A stretch of DNA of 64,000 bases. Origin: Epiperipatus broadwayi (Eukaryota > Animalia > Onychophora). The stretch lies in NCBI GenBank assembly GCA_028023455.1, contig JAQFVV010000009.1:3906001-3970000 (forward strand), given 5' to 3'. The notes under the pieces were generated by a model. That model did no database searches. It was not told the origin of the DNA and saw nothing but the letters and a program-made list of their open reading frames with translations. Made by a program: the position numbers and the translations under genes. Shown one piece after another: positions 1 through 13,408 of the stretch; the first letter of the stretch is position 1, and the number at the start of each line of letters is the position of its first letter.

Positions 1-843
1 ATATTAAGGTTGTGTGAATGTAAGTGGAATTGTGGGTAATATTTAATATAAATTTGTTACTTTTTAGTCCTTTAAATTTGAGAAGTCTACTTGTAGCAGT
101 GAAACCATTGGTTGTGTTTTAGAGTTTATTTTCTTTGGCTAGTCTGGTTTAGTGCTAAATTTGGAATAATTTTATTATTTGAAGTAGTGTATATTGATTT
201 AGCATATATTAAGCACACACTTTACAGTGTAAATATTGATATAAAACTATTAATTTGGAACTGATAATTGGAAATCATTTTTAATTTGAATAAAATTATG
301 AAGAATGGGTTCTATGTATTTCATTTTTCACAATAGTCACTCATTATTATTTTAGCATGAAAGATTTATTTAAATAACTGTTTAATTTTAACCTTGAATT
401 TCAACACATTAAAATATATATAATAACACAGCACCGGTAAATAAATTAAAATATATACTTAAAAACACACATACACAACAATGAATATTTGAAAATTAGT
501 AATTATGGTAATTAATTTTTCAGTCTTAGTTTGTCCTACTTTTCTACTTAATCCACGATTTTCATTTTGTCTTAGAAATTATTGACTGAAAACTTTAATC
601 ACTGACTTCTTTTAAGATATTTGCAGTAATTACTTATTATATAAATGTAACTAAAAAGCTAAAAATCTTAGTGAAGAAAAAAGTTAAACTTTACTTGCTA
701 CATAATATGAAAACATCACTGAATAACGATTTAAAAAAAAAATCCTAATTGGTAATTTTTTATTTTTTCGATAAATGTATGAAGATAAATGCTAATATTT
801 AATAAACAATATATTATCAAAGTAATTCTAATAAATATCAAAG

Positions 844-1162
844 TTAATAAACAATTCAAAACAAAGCAAAACTCTCCATATAGTAGTGCCATCTTGTGCT
901 AACAAGAGCAATCAAGATCTAGATGCAGTGCTCTCAGATCCAAGGCTCCTCACTGATGAAGGCCACAAGCCAGAAACTAGTCTGGGGATATTGGATGAGT
1001 AGACACTAGATAGGGATTTTATGCACAAGCCTTCTGGCATCCATTGATTGCTCTTGTTAGCACAAGATGGCACTACTATATGGAGAGTTTTGCTTTGTTT
1101 TGAATTGTTTAATAACAATTATTTGCTAGTATGAGATAGTGATCATGTGATGTTTAGTGGTT
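844..1162 (+). mobile_element. Non-autonomous HHR-bearing repeat, family A copy 1 (inverted arm 844-915, sense part 916-1162)
   Basis: 844-915 is the reverse complement of ~1043-1114 with one mismatch. 12-bp TSD taaatatcaaag at 832-843 and 1163-1174. Homologous to copies at 19.6, 29.7 and 46.9 kb. Confidence 0.85.
938..996 (+). ncRNA. Minimal type I hammerhead ribozyme (family A)
   Basis: atccaa-ggc-tcctca CTGATGA a ggc-cacaa-gcc a GAAA c-ta-GTC tgggga-ta-ttggat. Stem I is tcctca/tgggga plus atccaa/ttggat. Stem III is the palindrome ACTAGT. Predicted cleavage after C982. Confidence 0.85.
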
Positions 1163-1476
1163 TAAATATCAAAGATAATTGTTATTAGTATTTAACTTTT
1201 TTAAGTTAATCACTAATTATTATTTATTTTTTGCACAATGTAAAATATCAATATTAAAACAAATATTTAATATTCAAATTGTAAATGACTGTAAATGTAT
1301 ATCCAAAAAATATTAAAAATAATAATTACTATTATTAATTAAATCTTATATTTAATAATATTAATTTATGCTTTCAATAGTATAGCAATAACTTTCAAGA
1401 TAGATTTAGAACAACGAAGTAAAGGAAGTATTAAATTATTAAATTGTTACATTTGATTTAAAAGTGTCAAACTTAC

Positions 1477-1504
1477 TCCATCCACAACTTTGACATGATC
1501 CATT
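1477..1504 (-). CDS. Putative 28-nt exon of unidentified minus-strand gene 1 (MDHVKVVDG)
   Basis: tttatctag acceptor and gtaagt donor on the minus strand; phase-compatible with the 1838-1882 exon. Confidence 0.45.
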
Positions 1505-1837
1505 CTAGATAAATACAATAATGATTATCATTAATCATTTATTAAAATAGAGATATAAACTTTAAATCTCAGTTGAAGATTAATATATCTGTTTGTTTTA
1601 ATTAAATGCACACATATGGAGACATTCAACTTCATTTCTCATTTTCCATGCGTAATATCTTTTATAGATGTAATTAATAACATCCACACCACTTTATATT
1701 TTTGAAACACATCATTCATCTTTTAAAATGTTATGTGGAGGTCATTAAATATATCTATTAAATTATTTCTACTGAATTTTTTAATCTGGAAAAGCTGGAT
1801 TAATGAGAATATATCTGTAATTAAACTTAGCCTTTAC

Positions 1838-1882
1838 TTTCTCTTCCATGTGAAGGAAAGTAGAATATCAAAGACATAGAAA
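1838..1882 (-). CDS. Putative 45-nt exon of minus-strand gene 1 (FYVFDILLSFTWKR)
   Basis: aaaacag acceptor (weak) and gtaaag donor; phase 2 to 2; open frame. Confidence 0.3.
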
Positions 1883-2199
1883 CTGTTTTCAAATTAATAA
1901 TAATATTCAAGAATTGCAGAAAATATTAATTATAAAATAAGATGTAGTGTTTTTTAATGAGTATTATTTCTCTTATGTTAAAGATAGATATGTTTCATAT
2001 TAAAATATATGGTTTGCAGTTAAAGTCATTAAGCGTAGAATGTATGTCAAAATATAGTTCTTAATAGCTGCAATTAGGTAAATGATGATTCATGCTGGTT
2101 CAATTGCTATTCAAATAATAAATAATCTAATCCTATTGAGCAACTAAATAAAATTGTATATTGGATGGTAAAATGTGATGTAGATGCAAAAATAGATAA

Positions 2200-4515
2200 A
2201 TATACTGAGAATATTGGAAAATTAGAACTAAGAAAGAAGATTAGAATTGGTACATGGAATTTTACAGGTAGTAAAATGATTGGTAAAGTAAAATTGGTGG
2301 ATCATAAACTGGAAAGAATTTGGCAGTATATATTTCTATTTTGACAGATTATAACAGTGAAAGGCCATATTGTTATATATTTGGGGAAAATCATCATGGG
2401 ATGTGTTGAATACCCAAGAGATATAACAGAGCATTGATTTTATTTGAGGTAGTAAAATAGGTCTGGTAATCATACAATGTTGTTCACTGACAACAGAAGC
2501 AACAAATACATAGCAATTCTATACATATTGTGATCAGTTTATTAGAAATATGAAAATAAAGACATTATTATTATTATCATTATGACGATCATCATCATCA
2601 AAAATGATACGAATGCCAAAGTTGGTGAAAGAGTTAGTGATAGAGTAATTGGAAAATACTGATTGGAGGAGAGAGAAAAACAGAGGCAAAATCTGATATA
2701 TTTCTAAAGCAGCATAAATATTTTAATTATAACTAATGCAAAGATACCATATAAAAGGGGAAGGGGGAAGACTGTATTATAGTTGGTAAAAAAAGAGTAA
2801 TAAGATGTGCAAGACATATCCAATAACTGATCTAGATCCTGATCATAAGTTTTTGATTATGAACATAAAGATGAAATTACACAATATCAGGAAGAGAAAT
2901 ATTAAAAGACTGAAAGTAAATAACATAAAAGAATAAGGATGACTGATGAGATAATGGTGGAAACAATGAAAATAATTAATGAAAAAATAAGGGTCAAGAA
3001 TTGTAATCCTGTAAACTATATAGAGTTGAAAAAAAAGTACAAATAAGAATGAGTAGGGCCAAACAAGATTATATAAATAGTTTATGCACAGAACTTAAAA
3101 GGAAGACTAAATGTACCTATAGTAAGAAAATATTTTTTATCATTGAATGTAAAAGATAAAAGCTAGTGAGCTGTTATCAGATCTAGAAAAAGTGATTAGT
3201 TGATGGAAAGAATTTTGTGTAGAGATGTATAAAAGTGGCACAATACAGTGCAAACTATGATTATTAAGAAGTAAAGTAATAAGATCATATCAAATATTGC
3301 TAATGGATGTCATTAAAATCAGGTGATTTAGAAGAAAGGAGATTCAGTTGTTTATAAATTGCATAAGTTGAACGAGGGTTTGTGGAAAAGTGGAAATTGA
3401 CCCAAGTTCAAGATTGCAGCAACATTTACACAAATATCATTTCTCAGTTAATATGATAATTATAGAGAAATAGATTTATTTGGTTTAATATGGCAGCAAG
3501 ATAACATTAAAAATGGTGCTGAATGAATTTGGGCAAAGATTAAATGGGAATTGGTATAAGAGTAGGTAGGTTTGAGATCATGGTGGAGAATAAGATACCA
3601 GCTAATTAATACAAATGTTATCCTCCATAAGTTAGAGGACTACAATAGCCACTCATATTATTAGAAGATTTTGATTCTATGTACCATGGCTATGATAATA
3701 TAGGATACCTTTACACTCAGTGGCTCTCCTTATATAAGAAATAATGAGTTACACAAATAAATAAGCAGATATAAATGAGAAACAGGACTGTGTATTGTCA
3801 TCATACTTATTAAATATTGTAACAGATTTAGAAATGAGAAAAACTTGGGATGGCTTTCATGAGAGATTTTGTAAGATGAATATAAAATTTGCAGTATGAT
3901 ATTGGTTTTTTGTTGTTGATAATAGTGGGGAAATGACTGCATTTGCTATCTCATTTGATTACAGCAGATGCAGAATGTGAACTAAAGTCAAATATGGATA
4001 TGTCAACAGTAGAAAAAGAACTTCAGAATCTAGTGCTCAATTGATAACAGCAGAAGCAAAACATTCATAAATATGATCAGGATAAAGGCAATGTGATTAA
4101 TTGGAAAAATAGTACAGAAATAACAGTGAAGAATATTTGGACAAGTTTCAGACTTTTGTCTATCATGGCTTCAACTACATTAAGATGGAGAAAGTCATAC
4201 AGAGATAAATATATGGTTATTGTTGGCATCAAATTGATACCCATTTGTCAAAAAAAAAAAAAAAAAACGATTCTATTTTGAATAAATGGTGATACAGGTA
4301 ACATACTGAAATATATTTATATATGAATGGAAATTGTAATTGGGTCAACAATAAAAAAAGGATAGTCAAGGCTGTCAAGGAAAGTAACATAACAAAATGG
4401 ATGGGAAAAACAATATTGGAATCATGCAGAAAATCAGAGGAAAGAATATCCTGGAAGCCGTTCTTCTATACTATCACCCATCATTGAAACAACAAATCAG
4501 GTGGATGATGATGAA
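2200..4515 (+). mobile_element. Decayed RTE-clade LINE (APE endonuclease + RT remnants)
   Basis: Frameshifted remnants translate to IRIGTWNF (~2240), NAKVG (~2615), VIGKY.LGER (~2645), a D..DH-like motif (~2835) and a GFR-like RT motif (~3570). (GAT)n-type tail at ~4503-4513. Confidence 0.7.
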
Positions 4516-5039
4516 AGAAAAATTTTTTAATTTAGTTTATTTTTTTAATCCATGTAATTTGTCCACATTTAATATATAAATAAATGCTGACATCTTCATC
4601 AGTTTAGATGTAAATGAATTTTGTTTTAAAGACAAAAAAAACAAAAAGCATAATACAAAAGGAAAAGAGGGTGGAGAGATAGACAGAAACAATTTCATTA
4701 ATATCTCAATAATCAACTAGGCATTTATTTTCGCAACAAAATCTAAATAATATAGCTTCTTTGCCTCCCCCATTCCCCTCCTCCAAGATAAAGTTTGCAA
4801 TTTAAATTCTTTATTATTATTTTTTTATTAAAAATAAGATACACAAATTTAATTATCTGGTTTTCATTAAGATTTATAAAAATGTTCTAAACAAGTGAGT
4901 CTATAAGTAAAGTAATGCATATGTTAGATAAAATAAGATCATAGAAAAAACATTAATTTCTTGAAAAAATTATTAATAGTCTAATAATTATCCTTTGACA
5001 TATTTTCAAACGGCCTATTGTGTTTTTCCTCATTTCTGT

Positions 5040-5370
5040 TATATATAAACGTACGCTTATGAATTTTTATTTTTTATCAGTACAATTTAATTTTTCAGTA
5101 CATAGAATGAAATAGCTATCACGCATTTCAATGGCGCAACGGGAAAATAAGAATTGGATTTTAAAACGTGACATTTAATAATTGTATAAAAATAATCGAA
5201 TGACTTTATTGTTCGGGAGTTAATAAAAGTTCGAGCGTCGGAAGCGCCCGAACTGAAATCGCTCCGAGGAATTTAGTCCAGAATCTGACAATCTATCACT
5301 GCGCTAATACAAACCGAACAAAAATTATTTCATTAGCCATAATAAGGCAGCAAAAATCGAAATGAATTTT
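5040..5370. promoter_or_regulatory. CpG-retaining island, likely an unmethylated promoter or 5' region
   Basis: About 19 CpGs counted by eye in ~330 bp against a strongly CpG-depleted background; no convincing ORF. Confidence 0.5.
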
Positions 5371-6560
5371 TTTTTTTTGTAGCTATTTCTTTTATTAAAG
5401 ATTATTTTCTCCACCTCTTTAACAATATTTTTTAGTTTTACTATTTGGAATAATTTCCTAACATTGCAGGTTTGTTTTTTATAGTTACCAAAGTCTGACC
5501 GATCAATATTGGTGCTTAAGGCAAATTTTTTTAAAAAGTGCATTTTAAAATTATTGAAAAAGTTTATTTAAAAGATATAATGAACAGAGCAATGTGTGTT
5601 AAATATATATATATATTCAATATAATGTCTCATTGTAGTATCTATTTTAATATAGCGCTTGAGAGTGCCTCACTATCTCACCTCTGGGACAAGTCCTAAA
5701 AATATCATCATGTTCAAATAATGAGAGTATGAAGCTAGAGATTCTTTCTATTCCTGGGCATTAGAGGTCTGCTAAGAATTGTCAGATTAGTATTGTTCTT
5801 GTTATAGCATATTATACAAACCGCATTGCAGTATTTTGGTTTAAAAGACATTTCATCATTAATTGCCTTTTTCTATTCTGGGCCCATTGATATCATTTCT
5901 AATATTTCTGTTGAATATTATAAGAGAATTAATTTTATATGGGTTGTCACCCCTAGCTATATATATAAATCCTGTCTGCATTAGCATGAAGCTGATAATG
6001 ATAGCTTAAACTTTGACTCAATATCATTTAATGGCTCATGTGACAGTTTTGCAAAAATATCAGTGTTTCTTAATAATCCACTGTGCTCTTTACACTATCC
6101 CTAATTGTCAATGAATGTATGGCTGCAACTAACAACAATATATAGGGATATTGTATTCTTATCAATTTATTTAATAGCATTCAGCTGGCCTAGTTGTAAA
6201 TGTTAATGAAAGAAATAAAAATACATATTATATGCATATTTATTTTAAAGAAAAAATAATATGCAGAAATATTTTAATAAACAAACATTAATACATTTTG
6301 CAGTTCACAATATTATAACTTTCCTCCAATACAAAAATTCAAACCATTCTCTCTCACTACATATACATTTTGCAAACCTTCATTCATTATAAGCTAAAAA
6401 TAAAAATAACTGAATCTCTATATCTGCCTTAACATTACATCTGTACTAGAAGTTCATTTTTCAATCACATCATTCACTTGTAAAATTGAAAGTGGTTTAT
6501 ATCCATCTTCAATAGTTTATAGAAGGGTGACTAATTATTGCATACAGTATGTGGAATTAC

Positions 6561-6595
6561 CTTTCATTGCCTAAGAATGTGATTGTGAAAACACC
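6561..6595 (-). CDS. Putative 35-nt exon of minus-strand gene 1 (GVFTITFLGNE)
   Basis: AAG|gtaatt donor; weak tataag acceptor; phase 0 to 2, compatible with neighbours. Confidence 0.35.
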
Positions 6596-7150
6596 CTTAT
6601 ATAATCATAATTTTATTTTTTTAATGATATATGCCCATTTAAAATATTTTACCTTAATGCAAAAAGTTTTATTTTTGACAAAAAAAAATTTTTGATGGAA
6701 GACTGATTTTTTTTTAAGCTAATAGTTATAAACTAATTTTGAACAAATTATTACAAATATGTATTTCAAAAGTGGTCACCTCTCAGAGCAGTAATAAAGC
6801 ATCAAATTTTAACATAGAGATCACTCTGAGATAACTTGCTCAAATGTACAATGACAGTACATTTTGCATGACAACATAAAACATGTTAGTTTATAGCAAA
6901 ATCAGTCACTAGCCTTGATCTGACAATGGTCTAAAGTAAACTAATCACATTAAACAATTACTTTGCCTTCTCTAAAGGCTCAATGATAGCATTCACATTA
7001 AATAAATGTAAGAAATTTTGTTTAATTAACAATATGAAATTAATTTCTATGGCATCTATACACTGAAAATATACTAAGTATACTAAAAAGATAATGAAAA
7101 AAAATGAAAAGAGCAATCAATAAAAATACCCCAGGGAACTAAATACTTAC

Positions 7151-7206
7151 TCTATTTGGAATGCTGTTAGACCAATCATGAATCATTATTTTCCTTAAGA
7201 ATAAAG
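7151..7206 (-). CDS. Putative 56-nt exon of minus-strand gene 1 (LFLRKIMIHDWSNSIPNR)
   Basis: ttttttttgtttgcaattag acceptor and gtaagt donor; only one frame is open. Confidence 0.55.
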
Positions 7207-7600
7207 CTAATTGCAAACAAAAAAAAATCAACACACCAGTTTTTAAAAGATAAATTTCAAATAGGCATTAAAAGTTCCATGTTGCACTCAAAGGGGTCAT
7301 ATTAAATAGTGTTTTATCACTATAAGAAAACAAGACCAGAAGAGTTTTATTAACCAATCCATTGAAAAGTTTTCATATTATCGATACAAAAAGTAAATGA
7401 ACATCTATAACAGAAGTAAAAAAATTAGTCCAAATTTCCAATGAGAAGCTAATCAAGAAAACAATATTTTAAGTATACTGAAAAAATTAGACAAGACACC
7501 AGCAGTGAAAAGAATCCAAGAATCCAAACCAGCCTATGATAAATTGAAGATTACAAAAAGGAAATCTTGTAATGGTAGTTCTGATCCAATTATTACTAAC

Positions 7601-7623
7601 CTATATACTGCTTGAATCCAAAA
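7601..7623 (-). CDS. Putative 23-nt exon of minus-strand gene 1 (FGFKQYI)
   Basis: TAG|gttagt donor; weak tttgaag acceptor; phase 2 to 1 fits both neighbours. Confidence 0.3.
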
Positions 7624-9388
7624 CTTCAAATGTACATTACCATTTTTTGTTTAATCAATATTCTTATCAATAAATGTAACAATATATTTTTAAACCATCA
7701 CTTTATTGCTAGTCTGGTTTTTTTTATATTTAATGTAAAAGATCAGAATAATCATCGCCATGATAAGTAATCATTTACCATAATAAATAATTGTGTATCA
7801 ACATGGATAATCACTCTCTATAAACATTGTCATAATTTATTACTATATTATATAATAAAGCCACTGTAACTTGAGAATGCAAAGTCACTAAACAATTCTC
7901 ACAACCAATACTGCTGATATGGCCACCTATTCTGTGATGAATATTTTATAAAAACATTAATTGATTACAAAAAGGCAACCAATCATTGAAGAATGCCTGA
8001 GTAACCTTAACTAGTTACTGAGTTACCTTTTTAACTTCCATTTTAAACTAAATTATTAACTATGTTAAATTTGTGTAAAGCTTCAGAATTTATTGTAAAA
8101 ATTTATAATTTTAACTACATAAGCTCTATTTTATATACAGTCATAAAACATTGAAATCTCAAATTTTGTTAACAAAGAGATAGTTTCATTTTAGTTAGTT
8201 GTTTGAAATAAAGGATTTTAATTTAATTAGAATTAAGATAAATAAATTTGAACTTAAGGTAAATAGATTTGAACTTTTAAAAAAGATATACATTTCAGAA
8301 AAATATTTCTTTAACAGCTTAAAAAAAAATTATAATAAGCAGTATTTGATTACTGCAGGGAATATAATGTAGGAGAGACAGAATGAATAAAAAAACATCA
8401 CCTGAGAGATAAGATCAAGTATGTTGCTGATGCTGTAACTACAAGAATTGTCAATAAGTCCATAAATGACTTTACAAAAAAAAAAAAAAAGCTTAAAATC
8501 TATAAACATAAACATGGCTTTAAAAAAATAGTTATGAGATAACAAACATTAGGCTTTTCTAAACAGGAAATATTCATAAAAAATATAATGAAGTGATCCA
8601 TGCTACTTTACAGAGAGAATAAAAAATCATGAAGTTGATACTTGTGGTATTTAAAATGAGCAGTAAATTAGAATAACTTTATTTCTAAGAATGTACTTTC
8701 TAAACATATATGAGTTAATATTTATTTGTAATATAAAACTAATTTTAATTTTCTAGAAACTGAATTTATTAACAAATATAATTTTAGACCAATTTTTTTT
8801 TAAATGGAACAATTGTTAACATTATATTCCTTAACTGTTATCAAAACAGTAAATTCATCTCTTTATATTGAAATGTTTTAATAAATTCATTTATTTTTCC
8901 CCAAAATATATTTCTGTGAATGAAAAACATATAAATAGAATATCAGACATAGTAACACATTGTCCAAAAGACTTTTCAATTTAATTCTTTATGGAATATT
9001 AAAAAAATATGCTTTTCAATCAATTCTAAAAATTAAAAAACATTGAAATGAATATTCATAATACTATTTAGGGGTCCCAAAAGCAATAGTAATATTTAAC
9101 AAAACTATAAATACATTTCTTTATTTGTAATTCTGTGATGGACTAATTCTAACTATTGAATATTTTTAGTAAAAATTTTAAACTTCATTAAATTTTTTAG
9201 CTACATTCAACTGGCAGTAATAGTATATAAGTTAGTGTATAATTCAACATTTTAACTGGTATTAATGTCCTCTCTTCTTTGGGTGTAGTTGGCCTGACCA
9301 GAGACAATAATAGCTTGGAAATCAAATTTGGATCTTTAGCTTCTTGAATATTGGAATTTAAGGTAATGCTCTTGTGTTATATACTAAC

Positions 9389-9401
9389 CTGTGTGCCATT
9401 A
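9389..9401 (-). CDS. Putative 13-nt microexon with possible start codon (MAH)
   Basis: ctttag|TAATGGCACACAG|gttagt; phase-compatible with the 7601-7623 exon. Confidence 0.3.
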
Positions 9402-9475
9402 CTAAAGTTGATTGTAATTGAAAATTTAAATAAAATTTAAAAAAATTTCTAAAGACATTCAATATTTATTGTTAG

Positions 9476-9580
9476 ATAATGGAAATAGTCCAGCATATAA
9501 TTTACAACTAAAATGCCACCATCACAAAATATCAGACAAACATTTTCCTTATGATTATCATTTGTTTGGAATGTATCCAG
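9476..9580 (+). CDS. Putative exon of unidentified plus-strand gene (DNGNSPAYNLQLKCHHHKISDKHFPYDYHLFGMYP)
   Basis: tttattgttag acceptor and CAG|gtaaat donor; 105 nt, phase 1 to 1; protein-like composition. Confidence 0.6.
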
Positions 9581-11490
9581 GTAAATATTGCATTAAATAG
9601 TCTTCTGCTCTTTTTAAGTAAAAAATGTTTACAATAAAAAATTTACAAATTAATGCTTCTTAAAGTAAAACATATTCTTCAGTTTTTAACCCCAATAAAA
9701 ATATTATCTAAATGACAAATATTACAAATAATAATGACCAAGACACTGAGAATGGTTTGGTGCACTGATATGATAGTGGATTCTGGAATTCAAGGTTTAT
9801 GGATTACTACCTCTCTCTGTAATGTCCAGTACTTATTTCTATTTTTATGTCCAGGGCATTAATTTTTTTTATTTCCTTTAGAAATAAATTACTAAAAAAA
9901 ATTGTATCCATAATGTTATCAGTGTTGTTTAGACCCATAACAAAACATGTGATTCTTAAATTATTATATATTATGATTTGATATCACTTTTTATGCATTT
10001 GAAAAAATATTATGTGGTTTCCAAACTTATAATATTTACTTTTGTCTTTAGATAATAAATAATTTTACTACCAGGTAGTATAACATATATACCTTTACAG
10101 TGACAAAATAAATCTTTATTTTTGTGTATTAAACATTTGTATAATGAACTTTATTTCTTCAATTAAATACATTTAAATAATATTTATTTATTGTTCCCTC
10201 TTATAAATTATAAATTAATATGTAAATAAATTTATATATAAAATCGTGGCAAATCAATTTAATCATGGGTCATACCACTTTCAACTTTTAATTGCAATAA
10301 AGTTGTGGTCATTGGTCATTGTTGTTAAACAATGAGTTCCATCAGATTATTATCTATTTGGATGGTGATTTGCTAATTCACTAGCAGTTATATAATAAGT
10401 TTTACAGTTTTATTGTACTAAATTATTTTGTACTAAAGAAAATGAAATTATTCTTACTATACCCAATAAGTGAACATTAATGTTAGATGTGTCCTAACTT
10501 ATCAGGATGGATATTGAGCAGTTTCAGTAGTACTTGACATTTACGCATTATTTATTTACTTATCCATTTGAATTAAAAATTAATATAAGTAACTAAAATA
10601 AATGTAAGTTGGGGTTCTATAAACAATTATGTATAAAGTTTTACTATAGATTAGAAAGCACGATGATAAAACATTTATAAATTGATATAAAAAATTGATG
10701 ATCTTCCAACGCTTTCAAAATCAATCAAATAATAATTAAGATATTTTTAAGAGTTCTGTTTTATTAATTATTAAATTATTTACTGATTTTATTAAAATAG
10801 AAAACAAATTTATATTTTGTACTTTTCATAAACATCATATAACTTTAAAAATATTTTCTCCTCAAAAACCAAAAATATGAAAATTACATATTTTAATGCT
10901 TTAAAAAAGTGGTCAACCGCAAATAATCGTACAGAGATAAGAATACATGTGTTCTTATGAATTTTTGTTTATTGTTCTTTAATTTTTTTTCTTTTGAGTT
11001 TAATAATTAATTGCCTATTTCTTCTTTTACATTTTCGCTTATAAAAATTTTTGTTCCATGTTCCTTTCCGTTTACTTTTTTTAGCCGCTTAAGTTAATTT
11101 GAAATCTGTTGTCATTATCATTCTCTCCTCTTCACTATCCATGAGAAAGGACTTGATATTTGTGTAACTGCATTTTCAACCACTAATTATATATACAGCA
11201 ATTATGACTGCAGGCATTCACATTAATTTTCTTATTCTTTTTTTTTCTGGAATTCATTTGTACATATGTATATCATATAAATGTTAAAATTATAATTACC
11301 TAGGAAATTTTAATGTAAGAAGAATAGAAAAAAATATAATGGAAAATTTTAGAAAAAATACAAATGGCATAGAGAATTAGAATAGAAAAACAAAAATCAA
11401 AACTCTAGGCCTTTTTATTTGATATCCAAGTAAAGCTCTGATCTCATTCAACTGAATTCAACAATTCACATTTTACAAACAATAGTTATA

Positions 11491-11593
11491 CATTAAATAT
11501 CAGCCTTTTACAGCTATTTTACAATAGCTGTAAAAGGCTGATATTTAATGTATTACAATTATAAACATCGCGCTATATAAATAAATGCTTATT
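11491..11593 (+). mobile_element. Short insertion, family B (inverted arm + sense 3' end with AATAAA)
   Basis: Near-perfect hairpin at ~11488-11553. 14-bp TSD aaacaatagttata at 11477-11490 and 11594-11607. Homologous to 44862-44925. Confidence 0.75.
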
Positions 11594-11844
11594 AAACAAT
11601 AGTTATAATAAAACAAATGTGATTGTTTGTTTATATTCTATCATGAAAAATAATGAAATTATTAAAGTGTATAAATTATAAAAGGTTTATTGTCCTTAAG
11701 TTCACAAAAAGGTCAAGAAACAAAAATGACAAAATTGATGATATGACCCACAGACTTTGAGTGCCGGAGTTCACTATTTTGCAATGACATTAAATCACAA
11801 GGTTGTGCATTATTCCAATAATCTAATGAAACATAATTTTTTCA

Positions 11845-12770
11845 TAATCATCATTATCATTTTCAACCATTATTGATTCATTGCAGGATAAAGGTCTCTT
11901 CAAGTTTACTCCAGTTTCTCTAATGTCTAGACTTTTTTTTCTACATCGCCCCAGCAAACTGTCTTTTTTCATTCATTCATCTCACATATGGTCTTTTTCT
12001 AGGTCTTTTACAATCTCTTGAAATTCAGTTTAAGATTTAATTGTCCATCTAATATCATCTCTTCTAACAATATACTGCTCCATTTCAGTCTCTTAATTAT
12101 TTCAACCACTTGTTTGTTCTCTCACTCATGTATTTCATTTCAATTTCTTTTGTTACTCCTAACATACATCTCTCCATATTTCATTGAATGATGTGAAGTC
12201 TCTGTATTGCTCTCTTGTTAAATGTTCAAGTGTCAGATCCATAAGCAAGAAGTGCCAAAACACATCTATTATAAACTTTTATTTCAAACACAGAAGCATA
12301 TTTCCTTTTAATATTAAGTTATTTCTACCAAAAGCATTCCATCCAAGTTTAATTCTATAATTAATTTCATCCACTGTATTTCCATCTATATTAATAATCT
12401 GCCAAAAGGTATTTGTAGTTGTTAACCTTTTCTAATTTATTATTATCAATCTTTATTTTCTTCTTTTGAGAAAATTCATTGAACATTATTTTAGTCTTTT
12501 TTACCTTTAATTTTACTTTCTTAATTTCATCTGATAACTCTTGCAACATTTTCCAAAGTTCTGAAAGATTATTTGCAAAAACAATTATATCATCTACAAA
12601 ATCTAAAAGAGTTAAATAATCTCAATTTACTTTTTTCCCCTTAGCTTTTCATTTTAATCAACAAAATACTTCTTGCAAAAGTGCTGTCAAAAGTTTTGGA
12701 AATTTGGAATCACCCTGTTGTATATTCATCTCAATGTTAATAATAATAACATTTAATTTTCACCTAACAT
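11845..12770 (-). mobile_element. RTE-clade LINE 3' fragment (RT to C-terminus)
   Basis: The minus strand gives IQQGD..PKL (~12710), DYLTLLDFVDDIIVF (~12600) and KRPRKRP...FAG...LEETFILQ (~11890-12010), then a (GAT)n tail at ~11850. Confidence 0.8.
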
Positions 12771-13336
12771 TCTGACAAACATTCTAATAAATAATATATG
12801 ACTAATAAAATGAAATAAATGTTTATATGCAATATATCTTATATTGGAATCATTATAATTTGTGAAATAAAAACACCTTAATAAAACATTATCAGAAAAA
12901 TACAGGTTGAGAAAATTATATTCAACCTCTACAAAATATCATCCTTTCATCTCATCAGCTAAATTAAAACTCAAAAGATAAAATTAGAAAGCATATATAA
13001 CTGAATAACCATGACCATGAGAAATGAAAACTTTAATATAATGTGATTGGAAATATATCCCAATCATTGGTCATCATTTATCAATGAACAAAAATATACT
13101 CAGAAGTTAAATGCCATTTATAACAGAATAAAATTATGGGTACTGTATCCTGAGTCATAGCCTAATTATTGATCACCATTTGTATCAGAATAAAATATGA
13201 ACCAAGGAAGAACAATCCTAATTTAATAATGCTTGTGAATTGTAGCATCATCTATAACAGAATGAAAATAATAAACTAAGCTAAAATGAATATCAATCAA
13301 TGAATAACAATTCAATAAAACATTACAAATGAACAG

Positions 13337-13408
13337 ATGCTAATTTTATCCATGAAGATGCTATGGAAATTGAACACATCCATCAAGTTCATAACATTAT
13401 AGCAGCAG
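13337..13408 (+). CDS. Possible exon of the plus-strand gene (DANFIHEDAMEIEHIHQVHNIIAA)
   Basis: 72 nt, phase 1 to 1, open frame; acceptor gaacag lacks a pyrimidine tract; CAG|gttaac donor. Confidence 0.25.

Noticed and set aside
697-720. 24-nt minus-strand microexon candidate
   Set aside because: Would begin with TGA in the phase delivered by the 1477-1504 exon; no bridging exon found.
2940-2970. CTGATGA...GAAAC inside the RTE remnant
   Set aside because: No stem II or stem III/NUH geometry.
7379-7386. DRE motif TATCGATA
   Set aside because: Single occurrence in AT-rich, probably TE-derived sequence with no promoter context.
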